This document shows, piece after piece, positions 39,201 to 52,600 of a stretch of DNA of 64,000 bases. Position 1 is the stretch's first letter; each line of letters opens with the position of its first letter. The DNA is taken from NCBI GenBank assembly GCA_976226885.1, contig OZ320316.1:76198001-76262000 (forward strand), in the 5' to 3' direction. Below the pieces are notes generated by a model, which worked only from the letters and a program-made list of their open reading frames with translations, did not search any database and was not told where the DNA came from. Both the position numbers and the translations under genes were made by a program. The stretch is from Iphione sp. A-MEVVRFRX5. Taxonomy: Eukaryota.

Positions 39201-42200
39201 TGTAACACCCACCACGAAACAAGAACAGTTGACTATATATTTATCTCTGTTGATAGTAGTACAGCGACACGCTCGACATCTTTCCCAAATTAGTTCAAGT
39301 ACGAAATAATGCGTGGGTAACTGGTGAATAAACTGGAGAGGAAAAATCAATATCATCTACCTGGGAAAACAATTTTGTAGATTTTGGAAAATAACTAGCC
39401 TCAGATATTGTCGGACCACATCGACAGGAATATATGACAGAGAAGGCAGAAGAAAGTATATGTATGTTACAGTTGTGGCAAATCACTTCAGGATAAGGAA
39501 AACCCGTCATGTTAACTGAAGCACCAGTACCCATAATTTAGATTGAGGCGAACTTTATGGAAAGATCTAGCAGTGTCGCTCAAACGCTTCCTTACAAATA
39601 CCTGAAACATCAATAGATGTGCATGCATTAAGGTTGTCTTACATATTAGGAAAAAAGTCCCTTTTCACACCGGGCTATTCTACCGAACTTGCCATGTATA
39701 CAACAACAGAAATTTACATTTTAGCTCCTGCAGAAAACGACAGTATAAATGTACTCTTCCTATGCCATGTGGAGTCGAGTTCTCTTCCATTTTGCATATA
39801 CAGTAGAGTATCTATTTACGACCACATCATTTTGCGACCATTCTCTATTTCAGACCACCTGAGATGGGTACCAAAATGGTTATTTCTATACATTTGATAC
39901 TCTATTTATGACCAAATTCACCAATAAGACCATTTGAGCTTGGTCCCAAGTGGTGGTCATAAATAGAGACTCTACTGTACATGTGTATGTAGAATAGAAT
40001 ACAATAATGTTTTATTCACATCTGTCACATACATGTGAAGGTCTTTCAGTAAACAGGGAAGGATAATAGTGACACAAAGTTGGATAAGGACAACATACGG
40101 GAAACATATACCACTTAATTCTTCCTTAGCATTACAGCCTCAACCATCATAAATTTTTAGATTCTGTATTGCCATAACTGCTTTTTTTTTTACATCAGTT
40201 TCACTTCTTAAGTCTGATTTTAGATGGTTCCAACGAGTGCAACCCTTATACAGGAATGAATTAGCATATATTGTACTCTTTGGTTTATCTACTGACAATA
40301 CAGGCCCTAGACTTAGCCGCATTCTCTTGTTTTCCTTACTCGTTGCTAGTACCCCAAGAAATTTCAATCTGGTGATAATCTGTAGTGTCTGACGACTACC
40401 CCTAATTTCTTGTGATTCTAGTTTTAATCTCCGTCGTTGGGTCGCTGACATGAACCTATTGTCACATAGCATCACAAATCTTAAGCATCTGTTAAATTCC
40501 AACTGCACCTTATACCTTACTTTCTTACTTGCTCCCTGAAGACAGAATAATGAATATAAAAGGGCATACAAAAGCTTTGAACATATTTGCACAATCTCTA
40601 AACCTTACCATGTTTGATACCATTAACAAAGCCCTTGATCTCTGTCTAGCGTTTTTTTTTTATCTGATTGGCCATCGAGGTCCAATTTAGGTGTTGGTCT
40701 AGAACATAGCCTAACAAAGAGACTTCTGTCTGTTTCCTGAGTTCAACCCAAGGACCTTGAGATCTAATTCAAATGTGGATCATTTACCAAAGAGAATCTA
40801 ATGTTTTTTGTGGATTCAAAACCAGGCCATTGGAGTCACACCATGAGACGACATCCTTTATACTCCTTGGCAGTTTTAGCCGTATTGATACAATGTTCAT
40901 CACGGAACAATACACAGAAATGTAGCTCATCTTTAAGTGAACCATAACTACATGTATATTCTCAGTTTGGATCTATCTACACAGAATGCCTCATGCTGTC
41001 AGAAAACTAAGGATATAATTATTTTATCGGTGTCGAAGGTATCCTTGCCTAACTGTGGTGGTGACACCAATAATAATATTTAGCCATAGCATGTAACCAT
41101 AGGAAGGTTATTAAAACAAACATCTGGGTAAAGAGGGCACCCTCCACGCCTTCGCATGGGCTGAACTGGGTGACATGTATTCTATATTGTTGTAATCATT
41201 CTTCCATTGATGAGCCCATAACACTGAACACAATTGTATCCATAGGAGCCATACGTCTCAGTTATATAATACCTTCTATGAAAGCTGTCCCATAGTGTCA
41301 ATCAATAATAACCCAAATGGGGTTTGCCGACTGAACAGGCAGTCAAAAGTGGATATTGTCACTATCGATCCAGTACATTGAAACAAGCTCGCTGTACGGC
41401 AGGTTCGTTTCATCTATATGGTGACATGACAATTATCAGTCAACCCTTTCTAAAAGGAGCTTCTCTCTCAAATGCCTCAGTGCTAGTACTTCGAATCACA
41501 GAGAGACTGCTTCTAAAAAGCTATTTTAATTCACTTGTCGAGGTTTAGACGGTTGGTTATCTTTATTTTTGAATGTATTATCTATGAATTCCCATTGCAA
41601 TCTCCGTGCTGCGCACCAAACAAATGATGTTTGTTAAAATTATTTTAAATAAGACGAGGTATCAAGAAACTTTCAAACTTTATACCAAATAGAAAAAAAG
41701 TATCTTTTACTGTGAGGCATGTTGATGCTGCTATGCTTTATGTGGAAGCCTATATGAGGTAACGAGCAAAAGAAGTATCATTAAATTATGAATACCCTAT
41801 AAAGTATATGTAAATATAACGACTTGTACTTTTAGTGTGCAATGATCTCACGAATTCACTGGTTAATCCAATAAGGGCACATACATTTTAAGGCATTACC
41901 AGTTTTGTTGCGTAAAGCCACTAAACGAGGCCACATGATATATTGAAGCATTAATCTTGATATATACATTTTTCAATGGATTCATCTTGTGTACCAGTAT
42001 GTAACTTAAAAGAAGTTCTTGTGCTATGTTTTCGGGTACGCTTCCATAACCAACAGAATACCTTCCCTTGAAATACTAGGTACATATTTCTGTGCTACTT
42101 ACTATCACCAGATTGTCAATGCGGAAATGCACCAATCTAGATCCATAATTTAACGTCTAGGTATAAGTTTGTGAACAAAACTGGATGAATGGGTCATAAC

Positions 42201-45200
42201 CATTAGAGACACTAACTAAACCATGGAGGCTCTGTTCCTAATACTGGTTCCTCACGTACGACTTAATCTATAATCATCCCCCTGAAGCACCCTTTAACAT
42301 CAGATCACAAATATCATCTAGCAGGATCTGACCAGTTGGCTCCATGTAGACAACTACATAAACGTTTAAATATATGTTATATAGAAGAAGTGCATAATAA
42401 CCGGAAGGAGCAGACATATAAAATGCTCAATCTGCAACACTTCACATAACTCACCAATCTGAAGATGAGCACATTATTCATGCAGACAAATCTGGCTTTA
42501 GTAGTCTCATAGCTACCAGGAACTAATAACACAATCACTTGCCCTACAGACACCTTAGTTAGAACACGATACCCGGTTTCAAACGGAAATGCAAAGCTTG
42601 CTTTTTTATCACAAAGGAAAATCAAAGATTTGCTTTTGAATTCACCCCTAAAACCCAAAAGCAAACATCGACATCTATCAAACGTTAATCTACTGCCCCA
42701 AATACGGAACGACTGTCCCCTGCACAGAATTTCAGCCTGAGCTATGAATATCTGCTGGAATATGTTTATATGACATCCCTCTAAGGTGAACTAGTAGTCT
42801 TTTTGTCATTCGACCTAAGGTATAGAAAGGATGTACTGACTAGAACTTCACAATATTCAACAAGAGTATGGACCTGTGAGGTCTATTGTCCCCTGTCATC
42901 AACTGCCCTGAGAGAAAGGGGGAGGGGAGAGAGAGAGAGAGATAGTGAGTGTGTGTGTGTATGGTGTCTCTCTCTCTTTACAACCACCATGATTAGCACC
43001 TTGTTTTGGGGTGGTAGGTTGGACTTGTCCTTCAGGTTTACAACTCTTGGTTCTGCATGACCAAGCACAGCACCCTTGGTTCTGTCACACTGAGCCCCAG
43101 ACTGCTACAAACCCTTGGTTCTGCATGACTGAGCACAGCACCCTCAGTTCTGCCTCACTGAACGTCAGACTGCTACAAGCTGATACTGGTAGTAAAGAGA
43201 TATTGGTGAGTGTGAATGTGTGTATGTATGTGCATTGTCAGACATAGGAACCGCTAAACCAGGTATGTATATTTGTAGATGTGTTAGGAAAAGAGTAAAA
43301 CTGGCACAATTTCACCTTCAAATTACATTAATTACTACCAAAATTACTCAGTGCCCTTGGGCCATATATACCAATATCATATATTAAAATTAGTTCTTTT
43401 GAATGAAGGGTTTGAAACTTATAAGACCATAAGAGTGTGACAGATGGTTGGGACACCAGCCAGCAGCATTCCTTATGTCCCCTTCCTCTATGAGGCAGGG
43501 GACAAATAGAGACCAACATCGAGCCATTGCACACAGTCCATGTTTCTCTGCATATAAACACTGCATACTGCCATTGGTCCATAAACGTAGGGAATTAATA
43601 ATCCCAGTTATCCCATTTTGTGGAACGGTGTTTCTGCAGTAGGTCTACAATAACGCATCGAAAAATAGATGTGTCAACAATGGGCCATTACATCTATCAT
43701 AGAAATTCTAAGTCACTGAAACACCATGCCAAATTCACATCCAGCTGCCTGGCCTTCCTTGATGTAGAGCAATCTAAGATCCTTTGGGGCATATAACCAA
43801 CAAGGCAAAGCAAAAAAGTAGTCAATTATACCTAGACTAGCTTGATCATGGAACAAATCCACCCCACACAGCCAGGTGCTCCATATCTCCGGACAAAGCA
43901 ACTCGAAAAACACTGTCCTATTTCGTTTTTAAAAGCTATATTCGCATTAATAATTCAACATTCCGCCAACAAAGCCAAAGTTAAGGCAGGCACATTCATC
44001 GAGTGTGTTCTGTCCATATGATGCATGTCTGGAGGACCTTTAAGACATAGACGTTCCTCTTGCTGCCCTCTAGCATTTACATCGACCAAACCACCCATCA
44101 TGCACCACGTATGCTTCATTGCTCAGACACGTATGGACAAGATCATAGACGAGAGAAATCACCTGCAATAGTGTATATGAATAAATATCCACATAAATTT
44201 CAGTATAACAGGGTTGGGCAACCTGTCGCACATGCAACACAGACATTAATGAATGCGACAACCCTCTTTCATTGTTCACTGGTTTAGTGCTGAACTGATT
44301 GTATTTTTGCAACAGAGAGGTTAAAATATGCGACAACTTTTCTTTGGGTGCCCAGCTCTGTATAATAGCCAGCTCCGGCGATGGGAACCAGACATATTGC
44401 CATTAGCCTGAACAACTGCAGGAAAACAGTTCATTCATGATGGTACATGTATTTAATTTTCAGTGCATCGAGCAGACTCATTCTACATCACTTTTTTCAC
44501 GCAAGACCAACCCCAAGTACTCTAAATCTGTGAAAATGCTATGAATTGCCGTAACACTTGCAACACAGTATCATTGTGGCGCCATTAAATCATCAAACAC
44601 ACACACTATGGGTCAGAGTCTTATAGAAAACAGGTTAATCTGCGCTAAAACTAATTCATGCCACCACCGACCCCCACCATGAACAGCTCATCGCAATGTG
44701 AACTGACAAAATTATCCTCCTCCTTCATGGCGTTGCATTTTTTCCAAATGATCAACAAGCCATCCGGTAAGGGTACGTTTTCAAACAGAATTCCCATTAA
44801 AAATTGCAGATGTTTTATGTGTTTAAGAATGAATTATATTCGAATGGAAGGTACGTTGGTGCGTTTGAGACAGTCATGATGCAAATTGTCTGGGAACAAT
44901 TTTTTTTTATGCAATCAGTACATAGTCCGAACTATGGCCACATCATCGTGGTTGTGACACCGTCACACCCACCAGCCAGGTTGACGCCCATAGGCTCTAG
45001 AGCAAAGACTACAACATGGAGGCGATATGCAAGAAACGACCTGCAAAAGCACTCAGAACTAGGGGAATAGAATAAGGTAACTTCCGTCACAGCCTCAGTT
45101 ATGATAAGGTTTCTGCTAATGACAAACACACCATACAAGACAACACAGACATTTTCGCAGTGCTCATGTTTGCTTTATGTCCCTCTGATAGGTGCTGTAG

Positions 45201-46626
45201 GGGGTGACGACAACAAGTAGTATCTTGAAGTAGTATCAAAATATACGTAACAACAAGAATATTAACGGTGACATGTTCTAGTCAAGGTTCAGCATTTTAT
45301 AATTGTAGTCAGATCGACAGTCGCAGTCTTGAGGGGAACTTCCAGAGTCAAATTCAGATCACAGCCATTATTTCACAAATTATTGATTAAATATGTGTGG
45401 TTAATACCTTAGCCAGGGCCCAATCGTAATAGGTAGTATATGGTAGAGGAACCAGTTAGATCAGATTCTGCCTTTCCTTGTACCCTATGTAATTCAGGGA
45501 GGACTCCCAATTCTCTGATTAAAGGTGAACAGTTTTTAAGCAGGCCATCTTTCTGAGCAGACTCAGACTCCGAGTTGGAAAGGGTGCTAAATATAGTAAC
45601 AAAAACATTGCAATACCTATTCGCAGTGGCGAGATACTGAGATTTAATGAGCAAACCTTGAATTACACTACGTCCTCAACGGGAAGTTACCCCTCCCTAA
45701 ATCAGGTGGTTGTTGTATATCTGTCATCATGATGCTAGGGAGTTTCTCTCTCACACACTACACGGGCAAAGTATTCGTGTGGATCTGAACACTAGCAAAT
45801 TTTCGATTCCATGGGCAAACTTTAATCTGATGGTAACAATTCCATTATATGTTATCAGCTTAGTCAACCACTACCATAGGCTTTCAAGTTCGTTCTGGGC
45901 TCTTCCTGTCCTGAGCATTTAGGTATATTGCTGAGGTAGTGACATAAGTAAGATTGGGAATCCATGCATAGCCGCTTAGCGACTGTCACCTTGTATACCT
46001 TCTATACAACGAAACTTTGTCATCGGAACATTGGTTGCTTCCAAATGAATATGCCTGATATAGCGAAGATGGTGGAATACTAATGGGGTTGATTTCGACA
46101 GTCTACCCTTGAGGAAGTAATCAGTTTTCATGAGTAATTCAATATATCGTGCAGTTTTAATAAGTAATTCAGCACGCTGTGTAGTTTTCATGAGTTAATC
46201 AGTATGCTGTGCAATTTTCATGAGATATTCAGTAATCATGATGATCAAAGTTAAGGTACAACTTATGTCAGTCTCTCAGCATTGTAGGCATGGATCCAGG
46301 TAGAGAAGGGCTACCCTTTGCCAACTCATACAACCGTCCTCACACATTTCCTCGCACTTTTCCTCAGACTTTTCCTTACAAATTTCCTCACACCCTTCCT
46401 AGTGCTTGAGGTGAAAAGACAAGTGTCACAAGGCGATGGTGCCTAAGTGGATACAAGTTTTCTATTAGCCTTCTGGATCGCTATTTGAAGATTTCTCACC
46501 CCTATAGATTCATTCATCAATCCACAAAGCAGGCCAAACACTGAAATGGGCAGCGGTCATATCTATATCTCGCCACCACAGCAAATTTCCAAGATATCAA
46601 TCTGAAAGCCACCAACTCAATGAGGA

Positions 46627-46673
<47 letters not shown>

Positions 46674-49600
46674 TAGGGAGTGAGAGGAGGAAGGGAGGAG
46701 AAAGACACAGGGGAAAGGGAAACTACTACATTAACAAAGCTCCACCTAGTCTGGGAGAGCAGTCTGGGAAGCGTTCTCACATAACCTTAGTAATGGGCCT
46801 TCAAGCTATATGCTGTTGATCTACTCTCTCAAAGCTGTTCAAAGTGATTAAGGTGTACTCCGTGTATTGTGGGCAAGATGTAGATAACATGAATTATTAT
46901 AATTACATATATCAAAAGCCCTCAATCGAGACTGAACTTGGAAGCGGCAAATCTCTGTCTCTTGCATGAGTCTCCTCTGAGGGTTTGTAATAAAATGTAA
47001 ATGGACATGTCTGCTTCTTTTGCCTGTGATCAAGCATTGGTGTCGTGTGTAAGTTAGCCTTTAAGTGAATTTCTGCTGCATAGTCTTCCTACGCATCTGT
47101 TTGTATGTGTACACAATATGTCCGCTTTGGAAACTCTTCACACAAATGCACTCACATCATAGATTCCGACTGAAGAAGTGGATGATAGACACACAAAAGT
47201 GTGTTGCTTAATATTAATTATGAATTTAATTAGAACCATGTGAGCATAACAATAACATTACATACGGAATGTTTGGTCCTATCGTCATCATGATAAACGT
47301 TTGGGTAAACAAAGCGCTGAAAATAGAAACTGGTATGCACTGGTAAGGAATAATACATCTGTTCAGAGCAATATGTAATTAAACTAGTGATATTAATGTA
47401 CTTTCGAACTCACCCTGAGCAGCAATATAGGCCTTTGGCTTGTTATATGCCTGGAAAAATCAAATATAACTGTATATGGTTAACTATACATAAAGTCAAA
47501 TCATTGACACTCTGGACTTAGGTCAAAAAAATAGGTGTGTTTCTGGTAACGACCACCCAAAATGCTAGGTAGGGAGGGGGATATTTTTTAATTTTCTTTC
47601 CACTTTCTGCCTCTGGCTTTCAATAATAATAAAGATAATATGAAGAATTTTGACTAATTTGCTGTTTTTGCTGACTTCCCTGGATTTTACTGTCTTTCTA
47701 CTGAATTTACCAAAAACATGTGCTGTGAAAACATGTATCTAAGAAAATGCAGCCTTGGAAAATCTTTGAGGCCCCAAAAATTTTAGATAGGGTGAAATTT
47801 TACTAGATAGGGGTGGGTTCCCAGAAACACCTATTCTTTTGCCTTATGCATATGAATGTCAAATATGTATGGTCGCATGATTTGTTTGATGAGATCAACC
47901 CCATAGAGGCACATATTTTTACTACATAACATCTTTATTCAATTTGCAGATTTTGTAACACAGGTTAGCAGCAATACAAGCAATGATTTCAATGTGAAGT
48001 ATATAGATATCATCTAGGAACTATTCTGCCGGTAATCCGTTCTTTGAGCCCTCTATAGGGTCAAGATCTGTTGTCGCCCTCTAGTGTTTTGAACATGACT
48101 TTGAGCATTATATAGAGTAAGTTGTATATACGATATAGTGGGATGCATATTGGACGGGATTTTTCCACTAGATACTCTTAAATGAATGTTTTTATACTAT
48201 ATTGGTCACAAATAATGGTCTTCACCGCAGAAAATTCAGACAGTGAGTGTCATTACGTAGCTACCACTTGGATACCAATAACAATAGACTATTGTTGTCA
48301 TGACATATATTCCCATAATGCTTATACGTCATATATGAAACTGGGACTGGTGTTATAGGCCGCAATAGGTATGACATTATATGTAACAAGGAGTAATTTA
48401 TTCATAGTACATGAATAAGAAAGGGTTTTCTTCAGGAGAAAGATGTACATTCAGCGAACGATGAGATTTTAAAAATAAAGTTTGTTTAAAAAAACGAAAT
48501 TAACTTAACCTGGCGTAGAACTATACCATATATGCAATGGGGTCAAGACAATTTACGCCCAATTAAACTCCTTATCTAAAACTCATTCTATTTCAAATTA
48601 AGATGGATATCCGGCTACATAACTTGCTCAATGTATTGGTCAAATAATGACTCCTCTCCACCATAGGCACACGTACACGGGGTAAATTGGAACGCAAATC
48701 GTGATATTAGTACTTACATCAATGTAGCTTGCATTGATATAGTCCGAGTTGGGAACATCTGGAAGACTGTCAAGTATCACTCGACAATGGTCAACTGTAA
48801 TGATAAACAACAGGGATGACAGAACAGACGCCGAGAAGCATTACAATGATTATAATCTTCTGAGGGCGTACCCATCAAAATAGAAACAGAACCTGTTGAT
48901 GATGCTATGAATAACTGCAGATAACGACCGTAATTGAATCCATCGTGTTTTATTCAGTAGAAGCCCTAACAAAGAAGTACATACGACAGGGCTACAAATT
49001 ACAGTTTCTGCAGGGGCTTGTATTAAAAGTTCGACTGGTATCAATAAGTAACCTCTATTTGTTTGACAGACTGAAGGGGTTGCCCACTGTTAGGTGTTGC
49101 ACTGATATTGTCATCAGGTAGTCATAACATGACGTAAGTGGTCAACCAGGAACGATCAATGGTGGCTGCTGGGCGCGACGTGCTTAATGAGCCTGTCCAC
49201 ATAACCATTAGAACCATCGCTTAGGCAATCTAGATTTATAGCCGCTTAGGATTCTCCATTGGCTGACGTGAGGCAATCCTGCTTTCGCTCGGCTATAACT
49301 TTCCTTAGACTATCTTGATAATGTAACCCCGATGAGATTTTTTTTGTAAAATAGATCTTAGATAATAAACGGATGTACGTAAATAGGGAAGTACCTACAA
49401 GCCATCATACGGGGAATATTACTAGCAGGTTCGACTGTGTGTTCCAGCTGCAATTTTATTCCACTTGTCATGAAAAAAAAACTGCTCACAGCTATGAATC
49501 CCCTTCAGTATAACACGACGATATTATCAGAGGAGAAAGATGCGTCCGATCTACATTATGAAATTCAGTTGCATTTGCAGCTTTCATGCCAGCTGCAAGG

Positions 49601-52600
49601 AAGCCACTGATGGCCTTTTGAGAATATTTATTACACTATTTTACTTCGAATTAAAAACAGACGGATAAACATAAGATCTTATTGACGCAATCCTTCATAC
49701 TGTCACTGAAATACCCTTAATTGTCAACTTATGACTTTAAAACCAAACTGTGACATGTGACTGATTTCCTGGAAAACGTCACAGACGAATCTAAGAAAAC
49801 AAGTTTTCAAACCAAATTGTCTCCCTAATTCCCCTTTCATGCATAACCAAACTGATTGAAGCACAGCATGTCTCTGGAAGGATATTGGTTACAGCTTAGT
49901 GGCAAGCCACTTGACACACCTACGTGTAGCCCTGATTGATTATCGCATTAGGAATTTAATTAAACTGTACTTGAACAGCCAATGGTGTAGACTATAAAGC
50001 AATCTGCTTAGAGACCTATAATGGTATTCAAAATGCCAGATTTCGCTGTGAAGTTTGAAGTGATTTTAAAATTTTGACGACTAGCTCTTTCCGTGTTATG
50101 AGTCTGTTTACAAAAAAGCAGTTGTTGTCTGTCTGCTGAATAAATATTCCATTAATATCATGTCTATGTCCATATTACAATTCCTGTTGGGATACTGTTC
50201 TGTTGCATTCAGCTGACGTCATGGAATAATAGGCCAGATGTTTCGTTTGACGTCAAGCCTTTGGTTCTGCAATTTCATGAAATCCACAGAGTGCTATCAT
50301 CTTTGATGGAGTGGCTATCTTTCACAAAACATTATCATTGAGAAAAAGACGATCGGGAGGAAACACACGCATTGACTGAAAAGGATGTGCAACGTAGACT
50401 GTTCCCTATTGGGATGCGACTGATTTAAGAGCGTGAGATACGTCTCCTCATGTAGACGGGTCAAAGAAATAAGTGAGAAATAGCATACGTACTTAGTGCG
50501 TACTTTGTACTTCTGTCAGTGGATATCCCACTACCTAGAGAATGTTGGTCCACCAAATCCATGAACCATTCCTTATTGATCGATGTTGCCCTACCAGGAA
50601 TCAGCAAAGATCCGAATTTCTAAATGTGGCAACTAATTTATAGCATCACTTATGCAGCACGAAAATCACTAGAACCATTGAAGTTCTAGTATGATGATGA
50701 AGCCAGTCCTTTATATCCAGTTATATTCTTAGCATCTGAACTTCATAATAAATTGTCGCAAGCGTTGGCTAACAAGCCCGATGTAACATTCAGTGTTTCC
50801 AAAGCTCCGAATGTCCGATGCTATTCCGAGGTGTAAGATGCAGGGGTTTCGTATGAATCAGTATGGATGGAAAGAGATTTCTGGACAGTACAACATAATT
50901 CTGCTTGCTGACACGTTAGCCTCTCCCATATTCTGGACTGGGCTTTGTTATTTGGACCAAGAGGATAAAGCAGAGAAATTATCCATAATTATTGCATGAG
51001 CGAGACTGCTAGAAAAATAATGGAACAACAAATAATTCTCGAAGTGAAAAACAGGTTCGTATGAGCTATAAGCCTAATATTTAATAAGAATAGACGTAGA
51101 ACTAAATCCAATGTTTTGCGGAAAGGGCTGGCGGCCTATAGAGCAGCGTTGGTAAACAACTGCGGAGACTTGGTATTATGGATAGTAGTTATTTCTTGTA
51201 GGCACTAAGTGCATCATGGCTAATGATTTCAAACTGGCAAGGTGAACAGACGCACTAGGAAATAGCCAAAGTATTCCAAACTCGACCTAGTATGTTCGGG
51301 AAAGTCAATGATTTAGGTTTGGAAGTAATCTGCTGTTAGCTCTCTGGTCTGTGGAAATGCCATTATCACCTTTTGAAGACACACACATATATATATAGAT
51401 ACATGTATATATCTCCACAGTGTTATCTTTAGTCTTCATTTTCAGTTTGATCTAAGGGTGACTGTTAAGTGAACAGTAAAATATACACAGCATAGAGAGA
51501 GAGGATGCATCCATCTGATGTTTTTACACAGATTCTATGATAAATATGTCATCTGACTCATACATCGTGAAGATTGCTTGGACTCATGTGCTCGCAGGCA
51601 CATAGCTCATGTGTGAGCACCCCAAATAACTATGGTTCACATGTCTAGGTTAATGAACAGACAATATCAAAATATTGTCCTTATAAGCCAAGCATGACAA
51701 AGAAATTAGTTCCTGGATAAACCAATTCACGAAATCAACTCAAACACTCAGTAATATGAATTCTACACTGTGAAAACGCCCTCTGGAGCGACAGTTGGAA
51801 TTAATACAATATTTTCAAATCAAATCAAATCCAACTCGTCTAGCTAACAATATTATTGTTAATATAAGCCAGTAGTCAGTATCTACTTGTAGAAATGGAG
51901 CTTCGCCCCATGTCGTTATGACCTTTGTACTATTATTTCACCTTCATCATGCCGCCCAGATAAATGGTCTGGCGTACTTATTACACAACGTGTTGCAAGT
52001 ATGAGTGTTATGGTGGCTTTCAAAGGGTTGCTTTGTCATGGTGAAGTATTAGCTACCATGTTACGTCATTCATTGCTCTTGACCTTGTGCCACTTAGAAA
52101 CTCTAGTATAAAAGGGGCATGTTTGATCAAATAACATTTTTTGTCCTTCTCCTAATCACTATGTGAACCTTACTCATTCCAGGTAAAGCTATTCCAAATC
52201 GTCAACAATTTGAACCACTTTTGCCACATATACAATTGTATAGTCTCAATGCGATGAACCTTCCTATACACTTACTTAAAACAACCATTACAAACATCTG
52301 AACCCCTAAATGCCGAGTCAGCATTCCTGTGACGGTAGAAGTAACCGTGTAGTTATTCACAACACTTCGGAAAGGATGCGATGGTGAACCAGTAATTTTC
52401 AAGGGTAATCCTCCTGCAGATTGCAACGAAATATACTGTCAAAATTATCCTCTTCCATATCAGCATTTTCCTACATTCACAGGTAGGTAGTAGATTTTTC
52501 TTCCTATCGATGACAGTCGCCTATTCAAATTAGTGCCTAATTCGCCCCTTTTTTTCAAATGCGATCTATGGAACTGCATCAATTTAAGATAGATGACGAC

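Noticed and set aside
38637-39293. 218-aa plus-strand ORF and overlapping minus-strand ORFs in the large intron
   Set aside because: No domain motifs; composition looks non-coding; the D1 exons are already complete without it.
48074-48086. CTCF-like core (CACTAGAGGGCGA on -); a similar one near 51775
   Set aside because: Single short motif matches cannot be told from chance without ChIP or conservation data.
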